Part shown: piece after piece, positions 9,602 to 16,295 of the stretch
How positions within the stretch are numbered: position 1 is the first letter of the stretch
Layout: each line of letters opens with the position of its first letter
From: Candidatus Eiseniibacteriota bacterium
Lineage (GTDB): Bacteria; ARS69
Assembly (NCBI GenBank): GCA_052390515.1
Contig: JBQTGV010000137.1
Span: 1-16,295 of the forward strand
Direction of reading: 5' to 3'
DNA length: 16,295 bases
Position numbers and translations under genes: made by a program
Notes under the pieces: generated by a model
Seen by the model: only the letters and a program-made list of their open reading frames with translations
Told to the model about the DNA's origin: nothing
Database searches by the model: none

Positions 9602-10482
9602 GCGCCCTCTCCCGCCGCGCCGTCCACCCGCACCCGGTTCTCCAGCGCACCGATGCCCTCGATCTCGCAGCGGATCACGTTGCCTTCCCGCACGAAGACG
9701 GGGGGATTGCGGTGCATGCCCACGCCCGACGGGGTCCCGGTCGCGACCACGTCGCCGGGCTCGAGCGTCATGCCGCGGGTGACGAACTCCAGGATTTCAT
9801 CCACCCCGTGGATCAGGCTCGAGGTGCGCGCGTCCTGGCGGAGCTCGCCGTCGACCCAGAGCCGGATGCCGACGTCGGAAGGTTCCATCTCGTCCTTGGT
9901 GACCACGGCCGGACCGATCGGGCAGAACGTGTCGAAGCCCTTCGCGCGCGCGTTCTGCACGTCCTGCTTCTGCGCCTTCCGGTCGGTGAAGTCGTTCAGG
10001 ACCATGTACCCGGCGACGAAGCGGCGGGCCTTCGCCCGCGGAACGGCCTTGGCCCGCTTGCCGATGACGACGGCGAGCTCAACCTCCGGATCACCGTGCT
10101 CGCAGCCGTCCGGCAGCACGATATCGTCTTCCGGGCCGACGATCGCCGACGGCGGCTTGAGGAAGAGCACGGGGTGCTTGGGCGGCTCCTTCTTCTGCTC
10201 CTCGGCGTGCTCTCGGTAGTTCAGGCCGAGGCAGACGATCTTGGACGGACGCGTGATCGGGGAGAGCAGGCGAACTTCGCTGCGCGGCCGCCGGGTGCGC
10301 GTCACCGCGCGCGCCTCGAGCCCCATCAGCGCCGCGCTGCCCAGCGCGAACAACCCCTCGGCTCCCGCGCCGGGCTCGAGCCCGGCCTCCTCGGCGAGAC
10401 CCGCGTCGGCGATCATGTCGTCGATCCACAGCCCGAAGTGCGGCGGTGATCCGTCGGAGTCGGTCCAGCGTACGATCCGCAT
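9598..10482 (-). CDS. Fumarylacetoacetate hydrolase (FAH/FAHD) family protein
   Basis: '[12 protein letters not shown]', 'PVLFLKP', 'EVELAVVIG', 'NDFTDR', '[11 protein letters not shown]', 'TGTPSGVG'. Confidence 0.93.
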   Translation of the reverse strand: MRIVRWTDSDGSPPHFGLWIDDMIADAGLAEEAGLEPGAGAEGLFALGSAALMGLEARAVTRTRRPRSEVRLLSPITRPSKIVCLGLNYREHAEEQKKEPPKHPVLFLKPPSAIVGPEDDIVLPDGCEHGDPEVELAVVIGKRAKAVPRAKARRFVAGYMVLNDFTDRKAQKQDVQNARAKGFDTFCPIGPAVVTKDEMEPSDVGIRLWVDGELRQDARTSSLIHGVDEILEFVTRGMTLEPGDVVATGTPSGVGMHRNPPVFVREGNVIRCEIEGIGALENRVRVDGAAGEGA

Positions 10483-10530
10483 CGTTTCCCTTCGGGTGCG
10501 GAGTGTGCGGCGGGGCGGCGCGAGGGCGCG

Positions 10531-10557
10531 CCGGCCGGGGAGGTGCTCCCCGGCCGG
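10531..10557 (-). terminator. GC-rich hairpin after the DUF1579 gene (terminator-like or stabilising, no U-tract)
   Basis: Perfect 12-bp stem CCGGCCGGGGAG / CTCCCCGGCCGG with a 3-nt loop, 10 nt after the stop codon. Confidence 0.45.
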
Positions 10558-10567
10558 GTCCCTGGAC

Positions 10568-11173
10568 TCAGGAGCTCGCGCGGGCGAACGTGATCACCAT
10601 GGTCAGGGTCTCGTCGTCGGAGTCGGGCATCGACATGTACATCTTCATCGTGCACTTGTCCGCGCCGTCGTGCGTGGTGACGAAATGCATGCCGCAGTCC
10701 GGGCCGCCCATCGGATCGGGCATCGAGCCCCAGTGTTCCAGCGTCTTGCCGTCCTCTGTCATCTCGCCGTGGCTCACGAAGAGCGAGGTGCCCATGTTGT
10801 CGATCCAGGTGCTCCAGTACTTCCCGGAGATGTTGTCGTAACCCTCGAGGCTCATTCCCTCGAAGGGCTGACCCATCATCGTGCCGGCGTAGTGCCCGCG
10901 GAGGTAGCGGCCGCCCATCACCGAGGCGAAGGACGCCGTCCCTCCGCTGGGCTCGGCGGCGGTGCCGTCCTGATAGTGGGTCGTGACCGTCTTCCATTCG
11001 CCGGCCATCCGGGCGAGAAACTGGTGCTGCGTTCCGGGGACGGCGGCCTTCATCCAGGCTTCCGTCATCGCATCGTGGCCGTGCTCGTGGTCGTGGCCAT
11101 CGCCGGCCAGAGCGGCCGGAGCGAGACAAAGGACTCCGGCGACCCCGGCGGCGGTCCGGGCGAGCATGCTCAT
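10568..11173 (-). CDS. Secreted DUF1579 family protein
   Basis: Start ATG 11173 with SD GAGGAG. Signal peptide (…APAALA). 'PGTQHQFLARMAGEW…MGGRYL…MMGQPFEG…GYDN…KYWSTWIDNMGT' matches my recollection of DUF1579. Confidence 0.8.
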   Translation of the reverse strand: MSMLARTAAGVAGVLCLAPAALAGDGHDHEHGHDAMTEAWMKAAVPGTQHQFLARMAGEWKTVTTHYQDGTAAEPSGGTASFASVMGGRYLRGHYAGTMMGQPFEGMSLEGYDNISGKYWSTWIDNMGTSLFVSHGEMTEDGKTLEHWGSMPDPMGGPDCGMHFVTTHDGADKCTMKMYMSMPDSDDETLTMVITFARASS

Positions 11174-11225
11174 ACGCTGACTCCTCTTCCTGTGGGGTAT
11201 CCTGCCTCGGGTTTCCGCGCCGGGG

Positions 11226-11234
11226 ATCGTACCA
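11226..11234 (-). promoter_or_regulatory. Extended -10 promoter for the DUF1579/carboxylase operon
   Basis: Minus strand TGGTACGAT (TGn + TACGAT), about 53 nt upstream of ATG 11173. The -35 match is weak. Confidence 0.45.
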
Positions 11235-11338
11235 GTCCCGGGCGGCGCCCGCGACGTTCCGTTCCACGCCGGGGCTGCGGCCTTTGCGCAGCGGCACGCC
11301 GTTTCCGGCTGCGGAGCTTCGTGCCGCGCACCGCCGCC

Positions 11339-11367
11339 TTGACACCGGCTTCCGCTGCAGGTAGCGT
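11339..11367 (+). promoter_or_regulatory. Sigma70 promoter for thioesterase-thiolase
   Basis: TTGACA (11339-44), 17-nt spacer, TAGCGT (11362-67). Confidence 0.65.
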
Positions 11368-11413
11368 AACCGATTGACTCAAAGTGAGATAACTTGCCGG
11401 ATCGGTGCCGGGC

Positions 11414-11821
11414 ATGGCCGAGCTCAGGTCGCTCAGGAACAGCCGCCTCTGCTTCGGCTGCGGACCGGAGAACGACGCCGGGCTTCGTCTGGCGTTCGCG
11501 GAGGCGTCCGACGGGCGGCTCGAAACGCGCTTCACTCCGCGGGAAATCCACGGAGGCTGGGAAGGCGTGTTCCACGGGGGGCTGCTGGCGACTCTTCTCG
11601 ACGAGGCCATGCTGGCGTATCTCTACCGGCACGGAACCCATGCCGCAACGGCCGAGCTGACCGTGCGGTACCACGCACCGGTGCGGATCGGCGAGGAGCT
11701 CGTGGTCCACGCGTGGGAGGAGAGCTGCAAGGGTCGCCTCCACGTGATGGAGGCGGAGGCTCTGCGGCAGGGCCGTATCGTGGCCAGGGCTCAGGCGCGG
11801 TGCCTGCGGATTCCCGAATGA
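11414..11821 (+). CDS. PaaI-family hotdog-fold acyl-CoA thioesterase
   Basis: 'CFGCGPENDAGL', 'HGGWEGVFHGGLLATLLDEAM', 'TAELTVRYHAPV'. Start is ATG 11414 or GTG 11405. Confidence 0.88.
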   Translation: MAELRSLRNSRLCFGCGPENDAGLRLAFAEASDGRLETRFTPREIHGGWEGVFHGGLLATLLDEAMLAYLYRHGTHAATAELTVRYHAPVRIGEELVVHAWEESCKGRLHVMEAEALRQGRIVARAQARCLRIPE

Positions 11822-11840
11822 GACTCCGAAAGGGAGATGC

Positions 11841-13052
11841 ATGACGAAGAGCGTGGTGATCCTCGACGGTGCCCGCACGCCGATGGCCGAGTGGGAAGGC
11901 GGCAAGAACGGGGCCGGCAAGCCCGGAGGTGCCCTCAAGAGCATCTCGGCGAACGATCTGGGCGCTGCCGCGGCCAAGGAGGCGTTTCGCCGCGCGGAGG
12001 TGACGCCCGGCGACATCGACGCGACGTTCTTCGGCAACGCGCTGCAGACCTCCGGCGACGCCATCTACGGGGCGCGCCACGTCGAGCTGAAGGCCGGCGT
12101 CCCGATCGATCGTCCGGCGCTCACGGTGAACCGCCTGTGCGGCTCGGGCATCCAGGCGGTGGTGAGCGCGGCCCACGCCATCGGCTTCGGAGAGGCTCGC
12201 ACCTGCCTGGCCGGCGGCATGGAGAACATGAGCCAAGCGCCGCACGTCATCTGGGGCGCGCGCAGCGGCTTCAAGCTCGGGCAGGGCCAACTCGAGGACC
12301 TGCTGATGGTCGCGCTGCGGGACTCGTACTGCGGGCTCTTCATGGCGCAGACCGCGGAGCAGATCGCGAACCAGCGCAAGATCGCCCGTGTCACCCAGGA
12401 CGAGTACGCGCAGTTCTCGCAGCAGCGTGCGGCCGCGGCGAAGCAGCGCGGCGTGTTCGCGAAGGAGATCGTGCCGGTGACGGTCGACGGCGGGCGGCCG
12501 TACACCGTCTCCGAGGACGACCACCTGAAGCCCGACACGACCATGGAAGGGCTCGGCAAACTACCGCCCGCGTTCGGGAAGGACGGCACGGTCACCGCGG
12601 GCAACGCGAGCGGCATCGTGGACGGTGCCGCCGCACTGGTGGTGGCCGACGAGGACGCGGCGAAGGCCGACGGACGGAAGGCCCGCGCGCGGATCCGCTC
12701 CTGGGCGGTGGTCGGAGTGGAGCCGGCGACGATGGGCATCGGCCCGGTGCCGGCCATCCGGCAGGCGCTGGCCCGCGCGAAGATGCAGCTCTCCGACGTC
12801 GATCTCTTCGAGATCAACGAGGCGTTCTCCGCGCAGTATCTCGCCGTCGAGCACGACCTGGCGCTGGACCGGGCGAAGGTCAACGTGAACGGCGGGGCGA
12901 TCGCGCTGGGGCACCCGCTGGGCGCGACCGGCGCGCGGCTGCTGCTCACGCTGATCTACGAGCTGGAGCGGCGCGGCGGGGGAGTCGGCTGCGCGTCCGC
13001 GTGCATCGGCGGCGGGCAGGGGATCGCCATGATCATCGAGACGGTGCAGTGA
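11841..13052 (+). CDS. Thiolase (acetyl-CoA C-acyltransferase)
   Basis: 'NRLCGSG' (catalytic Cys), 'FEINEAF', 'GHPLGATG', 'CIGGGQG'. SD AGGGAG. Confidence 0.95.
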   Translation: MTKSVVILDGARTPMAEWEGGKNGAGKPGGALKSISANDLGAAAAKEAFRRAEVTPGDIDATFFGNALQTSGDAIYGARHVELKAGVPIDRPALTVNRLCGSGIQAVVSAAHAIGFGEARTCLAGGMENMSQAPHVIWGARSGFKLGQGQLEDLLMVALRDSYCGLFMAQTAEQIANQRKIARVTQDEYAQFSQQRAAAAKQRGVFAKEIVPVTVDGGRPYTVSEDDHLKPDTTMEGLGKLPPAFGKDGTVTAGNASGIVDGAAALVVADEDAAKADGRKARARIRSWAVVGVEPATMGIGPVPAIRQALARAKMQLSDVDLFEINEAFSAQYLAVEHDLALDRAKVNVNGGAIALGHPLGATGARLLLTLIYELERRGGGVGCASACIGGGQGIAMIIETVQ

Positions 13053-13054
13053 CC

Positions 13055-13143
13055 GTGCCTCGGAAGAACGTCCGCGATGGCCGTTGAGCGAGGTCATCGA
13101 GGACTGACGCGCCGAGGCACCGCGAGCCCGGGGGAACCCCCGG
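13055..13143 (+). other. Structured intergenic element (two hairpins) upstream of tRNA-Leu
   Basis: Nested pairings GTGCCTCGG/CCGAGGCAC, GTCC/GGAC and CGATGGCC/GGTCATCG (13055-13120), followed by CCGGGG-GAAC-CCCCGG (13128-13143). Confidence 0.55.
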
Positions 13144-13150
13144 ACCGGTT

Positions 13151-13232
13151 GCGAGAGTGGCGGAACTGGCAGACGCGCCGGATTTAGGATCCGGTGAGGT
13201 GACTCGTAGGGGTTCGAATCCCCTCTCTCGCA
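13151..13232 (+). tRNA. tRNA-Leu (anticodon TAG)
   Basis: Acceptor stem GCGAGAG/CTCTCGC with discriminator A. D-loop GG. Anticodon arm CCGGA-TTTAGGA-TCCGG. Long variable arm GAG-GTGA-CTC. T arm AGGGG-TTCGAAT-CCCCT. CCA is not encoded. Confidence 0.96.
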
Positions 13233-13274
13233 TCCTGTACTGTGACGTCGCCCGAACGCGACGATGGAGGTAGT

Positions 13275-14585
13275 TTGAACGTCAAGGTGCAGATCGAGCG
13301 GCAGGAGGCGTGGCGCCGCGTGCTGGCCATCGAGGTTCCGCTGGAGGACGTCGAGCGCGAGTACGAGAAGGTCGCCGCGCGCGTAGCCAAGCGCGTCCGC
13401 GTGAAGGGCTTCCGCAAGGGGAAGGTCCCGGTCACGATGGTGCGCAAGACGTTCAAGCCGGAGCTCGACCAGGAATTCCTGGAGACGGTCGTCCCGCGCG
13501 CGTTCGACAAGGCGCTGCAGGAGACCGGGCTCGATCCGATCACCGAGCCGAAGTTCGAGGACCTGTCCTTCGGCGCGGAGCGCCCGCTTTCGTTCCGCGC
13601 GGACTTCGAGTGCCGCCCGGAGCTCGATCCCCAGGGGTTCCAGGGCCTCGCCGCGGAGAAGGAAGTCCCCGAGGTCACCGACGAGCACGTGGACCGCGTG
13701 CTGGAGAGCTTCCGCAAGAGTCACGCGTCGCTCGAGGAGGTGCAGCGCAAGGCGATCGACGGCGACGTGGTCGTCGTGGATTACCAAGCGGTGGACTCGG
13801 AGGACCGTCCCCTCAAGAACCGGCAGGTCAAGGGCTACCCCGTCGAGCTCGGGGCCGGCCGCGTGGTCGAAGCGTTCGAGAGCGTGCTTCGCGAGGCCGG
13901 GCCCGGGGACGTGCGCGTCGCCGAGGTGCCGTATCCCGCCGACCACGACGACCCGAGCCTTGCCGGGAGCACCGCGCGTTACCGGATCCGTGTCGGCAAG
14001 GTGCAGGAGAAGCGCTTCCCCTCGCTCACTGACGACCTGGTGAAAGCGCACACCGAGCAGCAGACCGTCGAGGAGCTGCGGGCCAAGGTCCGCGAGAACC
14101 TCGAGGAACAGGCGGACCGCGCCGGTGTGGAACGCCTCGAGCAGATCCTGCTGGATCGGGTCGTGGACGCGAATCCGTTCGACCCGCCGACCGTGCTCGT
14201 GGAAGGGCTGCTGGAGGATCTCGTGGAGCGCTCGCGGCGGGAGGCCGCCGCGGAAGGCCGGGACGCGGACGCGGTGGACTGGGAGCAGCTGCGCGGCGAG
14301 GCGCGCCCCGCCGCGGGGAGGCAGGTGCGGCGAATGCTCCTGCTCGACGCCATCGCGCGGAAGGAAAAGATCGAGGTGGAAGACCAGGAGCTCGGCGAGC
14401 GCATCGCCGTGATGGCGCGCCTCGGCGGCATGGCGCCTCGCCCGTTCGTCGAGCGGATGGGCGGAAACCGCTTTGTGAAGCGGCTTTCACGCGAGTTGCG
14501 GGACAAAAAGGTCCTTGCGTTTCTCGTGCAGAATGCCGAGATTACGGTGAAGAAAGTCCCAGCGGGGACGCGCGAAACGAACTGA
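13275..14585 (+). CDS. tig: Trigger factor
   Basis: Ribosome-binding signature 'GFRKGKVP' and an FKBP-like central domain (GDVVVVDY…VPYPADH). Synteny tRNA-Leu-tig-clpP-clpX. Probable TTG start at 13275 after GGAGG (the ORF caller gives 13242). Confidence 0.95.
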   Translation: MNVKVQIERQEAWRRVLAIEVPLEDVEREYEKVAARVAKRVRVKGFRKGKVPVTMVRKTFKPELDQEFLETVVPRAFDKALQETGLDPITEPKFEDLSFGAERPLSFRADFECRPELDPQGFQGLAAEKEVPEVTDEHVDRVLESFRKSHASLEEVQRKAIDGDVVVVDYQAVDSEDRPLKNRQVKGYPVELGAGRVVEAFESVLREAGPGDVRVAEVPYPADHDDPSLAGSTARYRIRVGKVQEKRFPSLTDDLVKAHTEQQTVEELRAKVRENLEEQADRAGVERLEQILLDRVVDANPFDPPTVLVEGLLEDLVERSRREAAAEGRDADAVDWEQLRGEARPAAGRQVRRMLLLDAIARKEKIEVEDQELGERIAVMARLGGMAPRPFVERMGGNRFVKRLSRELRDKKVLAFLVQNAEITVKKVPAGTRETN

Positions 14586-14611
14586 GGGGCGCTTCTCCGG
14601 AGGGGCGCCCC
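14586..14611 (+). terminator. GC-rich hairpin between tig and clpP (no U-tract)
   Basis: GGGGCGCTTCT-CCGG-AGGGGCGCCCC forms an 11-bp stem including 2 G-U pairs, directly after the tig stop. Confidence 0.4.
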
Positions 14612-14635
14612 GAGAACGTGATGGAGAGGGGAGAG

Positions 14636-15220
14636 ATGGCTCTCGTTCCCATGGTGGTGGAGCAGGATGGGAGGGGGGAGCGCGCGTACGACATCTACTC
14701 GCGCCTCCTGAAGGACCGCATCGTCTTTCTGGGAACGCCGATCGACGATCACATCGCCAGCTTGGTGATCGCCCAGCTCCTGTTCCTCGAGGCCGAGGAC
14801 CCGGAGCGGGACATCTTCCTGTACATCAACAGTCCCGGCGGCTCGGTGTCGGCCGGACTCGGCATCTACGACACGATGCAGTACATCAAACCCGACGTGG
14901 TCACCATCTGCATGGGAATGGCCGCGAGCATGGGTGCCATGCTGCTGGCCGCCGGCGCGGCCGGCAAGCGCTCGGCGCTGCCCAACGCGCGCATCATGAT
15001 CCACCAGCCGCTCGGCGGCAGCCAGGGTCAGGCCTCGGACATCGAGATCTACGCGCGGGAGATCCTCTCGCTGCGGGAGCGGCTCAACGGGTTGCTGGCC
15101 AAGCACACCAAGAAGGACATCAAGGCGATCGAGCACGACACGGACCGGAACTACTTCATGTCGGCGCACGAGGCGAAGGAGTACGGGATCGTCGACGAGG
15201 TGATCGACAAGAGGCCTTGA
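14636..15220 (+). CDS. clpP: ATP-dependent Clp protease proteolytic subunit
   Basis: '[10 protein letters not shown]…[11 protein letters not shown]', 'YINSPGGSV', and the triad in 'AASMG', 'MIHQP', 'DTDRN'. Start ATG 14636 follows a purine-rich SD. Confidence 0.97.
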   Translation: MALVPMVVEQDGRGERAYDIYSRLLKDRIVFLGTPIDDHIASLVIAQLLFLEAEDPERDIFLYINSPGGSVSAGLGIYDTMQYIKPDVVTICMGMAASMGAMLLAAGAAGKRSALPNARIMIHQPLGGSQGQASDIEIYAREILSLRERLNGLLAKHTKKDIKAIEHDTDRNYFMSAHEAKEYGIVDEVIDKRP

Positions 15221-15245
15221 AGAGGCATCGCGGAGCGCAGGCCCC

Positions 15246-16295
15246 ATGAAAAAGGGAATGGACTCTCCCCACGCGATCAAGTGCTCGTTCTGCGGCCGCG
15301 GCCAGGACGAGGTGACCAAGCTCGTCTCCGGTCCGTCGGTGTACATCTGCAACGAGTGCATCAAGCTGTGCAACGACATCCTCGAAGAGGAGATGGGCCG
15401 GGAGTCCACGGCCGTCACCGTCGACCTGCCCAAGCCGATGGACGTCAAGACCACGCTGGACGAGTATGTGATCGGGCAGGAACGCGCCAAGAAGGCGCTC
15501 TCCGTCGCCGTGTACAACCACTACAAGCGCATCAACTCGGATCTCGACGACGACCCGACCGAGCTGGACAAGTCCAACGTCCTCCTGATCGGGCCGACCG
15601 GCACGGGCAAGACGCTGCTGGCCGAGACGCTGGCCCGGCTGCTCAAGGTGCCGTTCGCCATCGTCGACGCGACGACGCTGACCGAAGCGGGCTACGTCGG
15701 AGAGGACGTCGAGAACATCCTGGTCAAGCTGCTGCAGGCCGCGGACTTCAACCTGGCGAGCGCGGAGCGCGGCATCGTCTACGTCGACGAGATCGACAAG
15801 GTTTCGCGCAAGTCGGACAACCCCTCGATCACCCGGGACGTGTCCGGCGAAGGCGTGCAGCAGGCGCTGCTCAAGATGCTGGAAGGAACGATCGCCAACG
15901 TGCCTCCGCAGGGCGGCCGCAAGCACCCGCAGCAGAAGTACCTGGAAGTCAACACGCGCAACATCCTGTTCAACTGCGGCGGTGCGTTCGCCGGGCTGGA
16001 GAAGATCGTGGCGCGGCGCACGGGACACAAGATCGTCGGGTTCGGCTCCGACCTCCGGGCCGGTTCCGCCGCGCGCGAGAACATCCTGTCGGAGGTCCAA
16101 CCCGAGGACCTGCTCAAGTACGGCCTCATCCCGGAGCTGATCGGGCGGCTGCCGGTCGTGTGCACGCTGGACGAGCTCACCGAGGATCAGATGGTGGAGA
16201 TCCTCACCAAGCCGAAGAACGCGCTGTGCAAGCAGTACCAGAAGTTCTTCCGCATGGAGAAGGTCGAGCTCACGTTCACGGACGAAGCGCTGCGC
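15246..16295 (+). CDS. clpX: ATP-dependent Clp protease ATP-binding subunit ClpX, 3'-truncated by the window edge
   Basis: Not in the ORF track because it has no stop in the window. Translation: [17 protein letters not shown]…ICNEC (C4 zinc finger), Walker [17 protein letters not shown], Walker [29 protein letters not shown]. Confidence 0.97.
   Translation, partial: MKKGMDSPHAIKCSFCGRGQDEVTKLVSGPSVYICNECIKLCNDILEEEMGRESTAVTVDLPKPMDVKTTLDEYVIGQERAKKALSVAVYNHYKRINSDLDDDPTELDKSNVLLIGPTGTGKTLLAETLARLLKVPFAIVDATTLTEAGYVGEDVENILVKLLQAADFNLASAERGIVYVDEIDKVSRKSDNPSITRDVSGEGVQQALLKMLEGTIANVPPQGGRKHPQQKYLEVNTRNILFNCGGAFAGLEKIVARRTGHKIVGFGSDLRAGSAARENILSEVQPEDLLKYGLIPELIGRLPVVCTLDELTEDQMVEILTKPKNALCKQYQKFFRMEKVELTFTDEALR

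Noticed and set aside
11174..11413. Cobalamin riboswitch upstream of the mutase-containing cluster
   Set aside because: I saw no B12-box or core motifs (GGGAA…GCCACTG) on either strand. An Rfam scan would be definitive.
11174..12064. ORF-caller N-terminal extension of DUF1579 to 12064 (similarly mutase to 6592 and mce to 4448)
   Set aside because: The extensions overlap real genes. Downstream starts have SD sequences and match family N-termini.
13055..13120. SRP RNA, hammerhead or k-turn identity for the hairpin
   Set aside because: It lacks the SRP GGAA loop/AGCAG motif and the hammerhead CUGAUGA/GAAA core. A k-turn register fits only imperfectly.
13200..13275. tRNA-Leu as an integration site
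   Set aside because: There is no duplicated tRNA 3' end, integrase or compositional shift, and the normal tRNA-Leu-tig synteny is intact.

Overview
This is a GC-rich bacterial chromosomal window of mostly housekeeping and metabolic genes. From left to right: (1) the 3' part of a DUF4097-like beta-strand-repeat protein (+); (2) a 1000-aa secreted FG-GAP/ASPIC-UnbV (CRTAC1-like) protein with DUF11, Ig-like and C-terminal FlgD/T9SS-CTD-like domains (-); (3) a tightly coupled minus-strand operon for the propionyl-CoA to succinyl-CoA (methylmalonyl-CoA) pathway, comprising an FAH-family hydrolase, carboxyltransferase, biotin carboxylase, biotin carrier, the large subunit of a split methylmalonyl-CoA mutase, and the epimerase, preceded by a secreted DUF1579 protein; (4) a divergent PaaI thioesterase and thiolase pair; (5) the conserved tRNA-Leu(TAG)-tig-clpP-clpX block, with clpX running off the window. 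I see no mobile element, CRISPR array or defence system, and no clearly novel system. The best leads are: long intergenic hairpins, two of which share a CGATG...GTYGAGCG...CATCG core; an FAH-family enzyme translationally coupled to the carboxylase operon; a mutase without its B12-binding subunit or MeaB here; an epsilon-subunit-like tail on the biotin carboxylase; and an unexplained domain inserted in the FG-GAP propeller.
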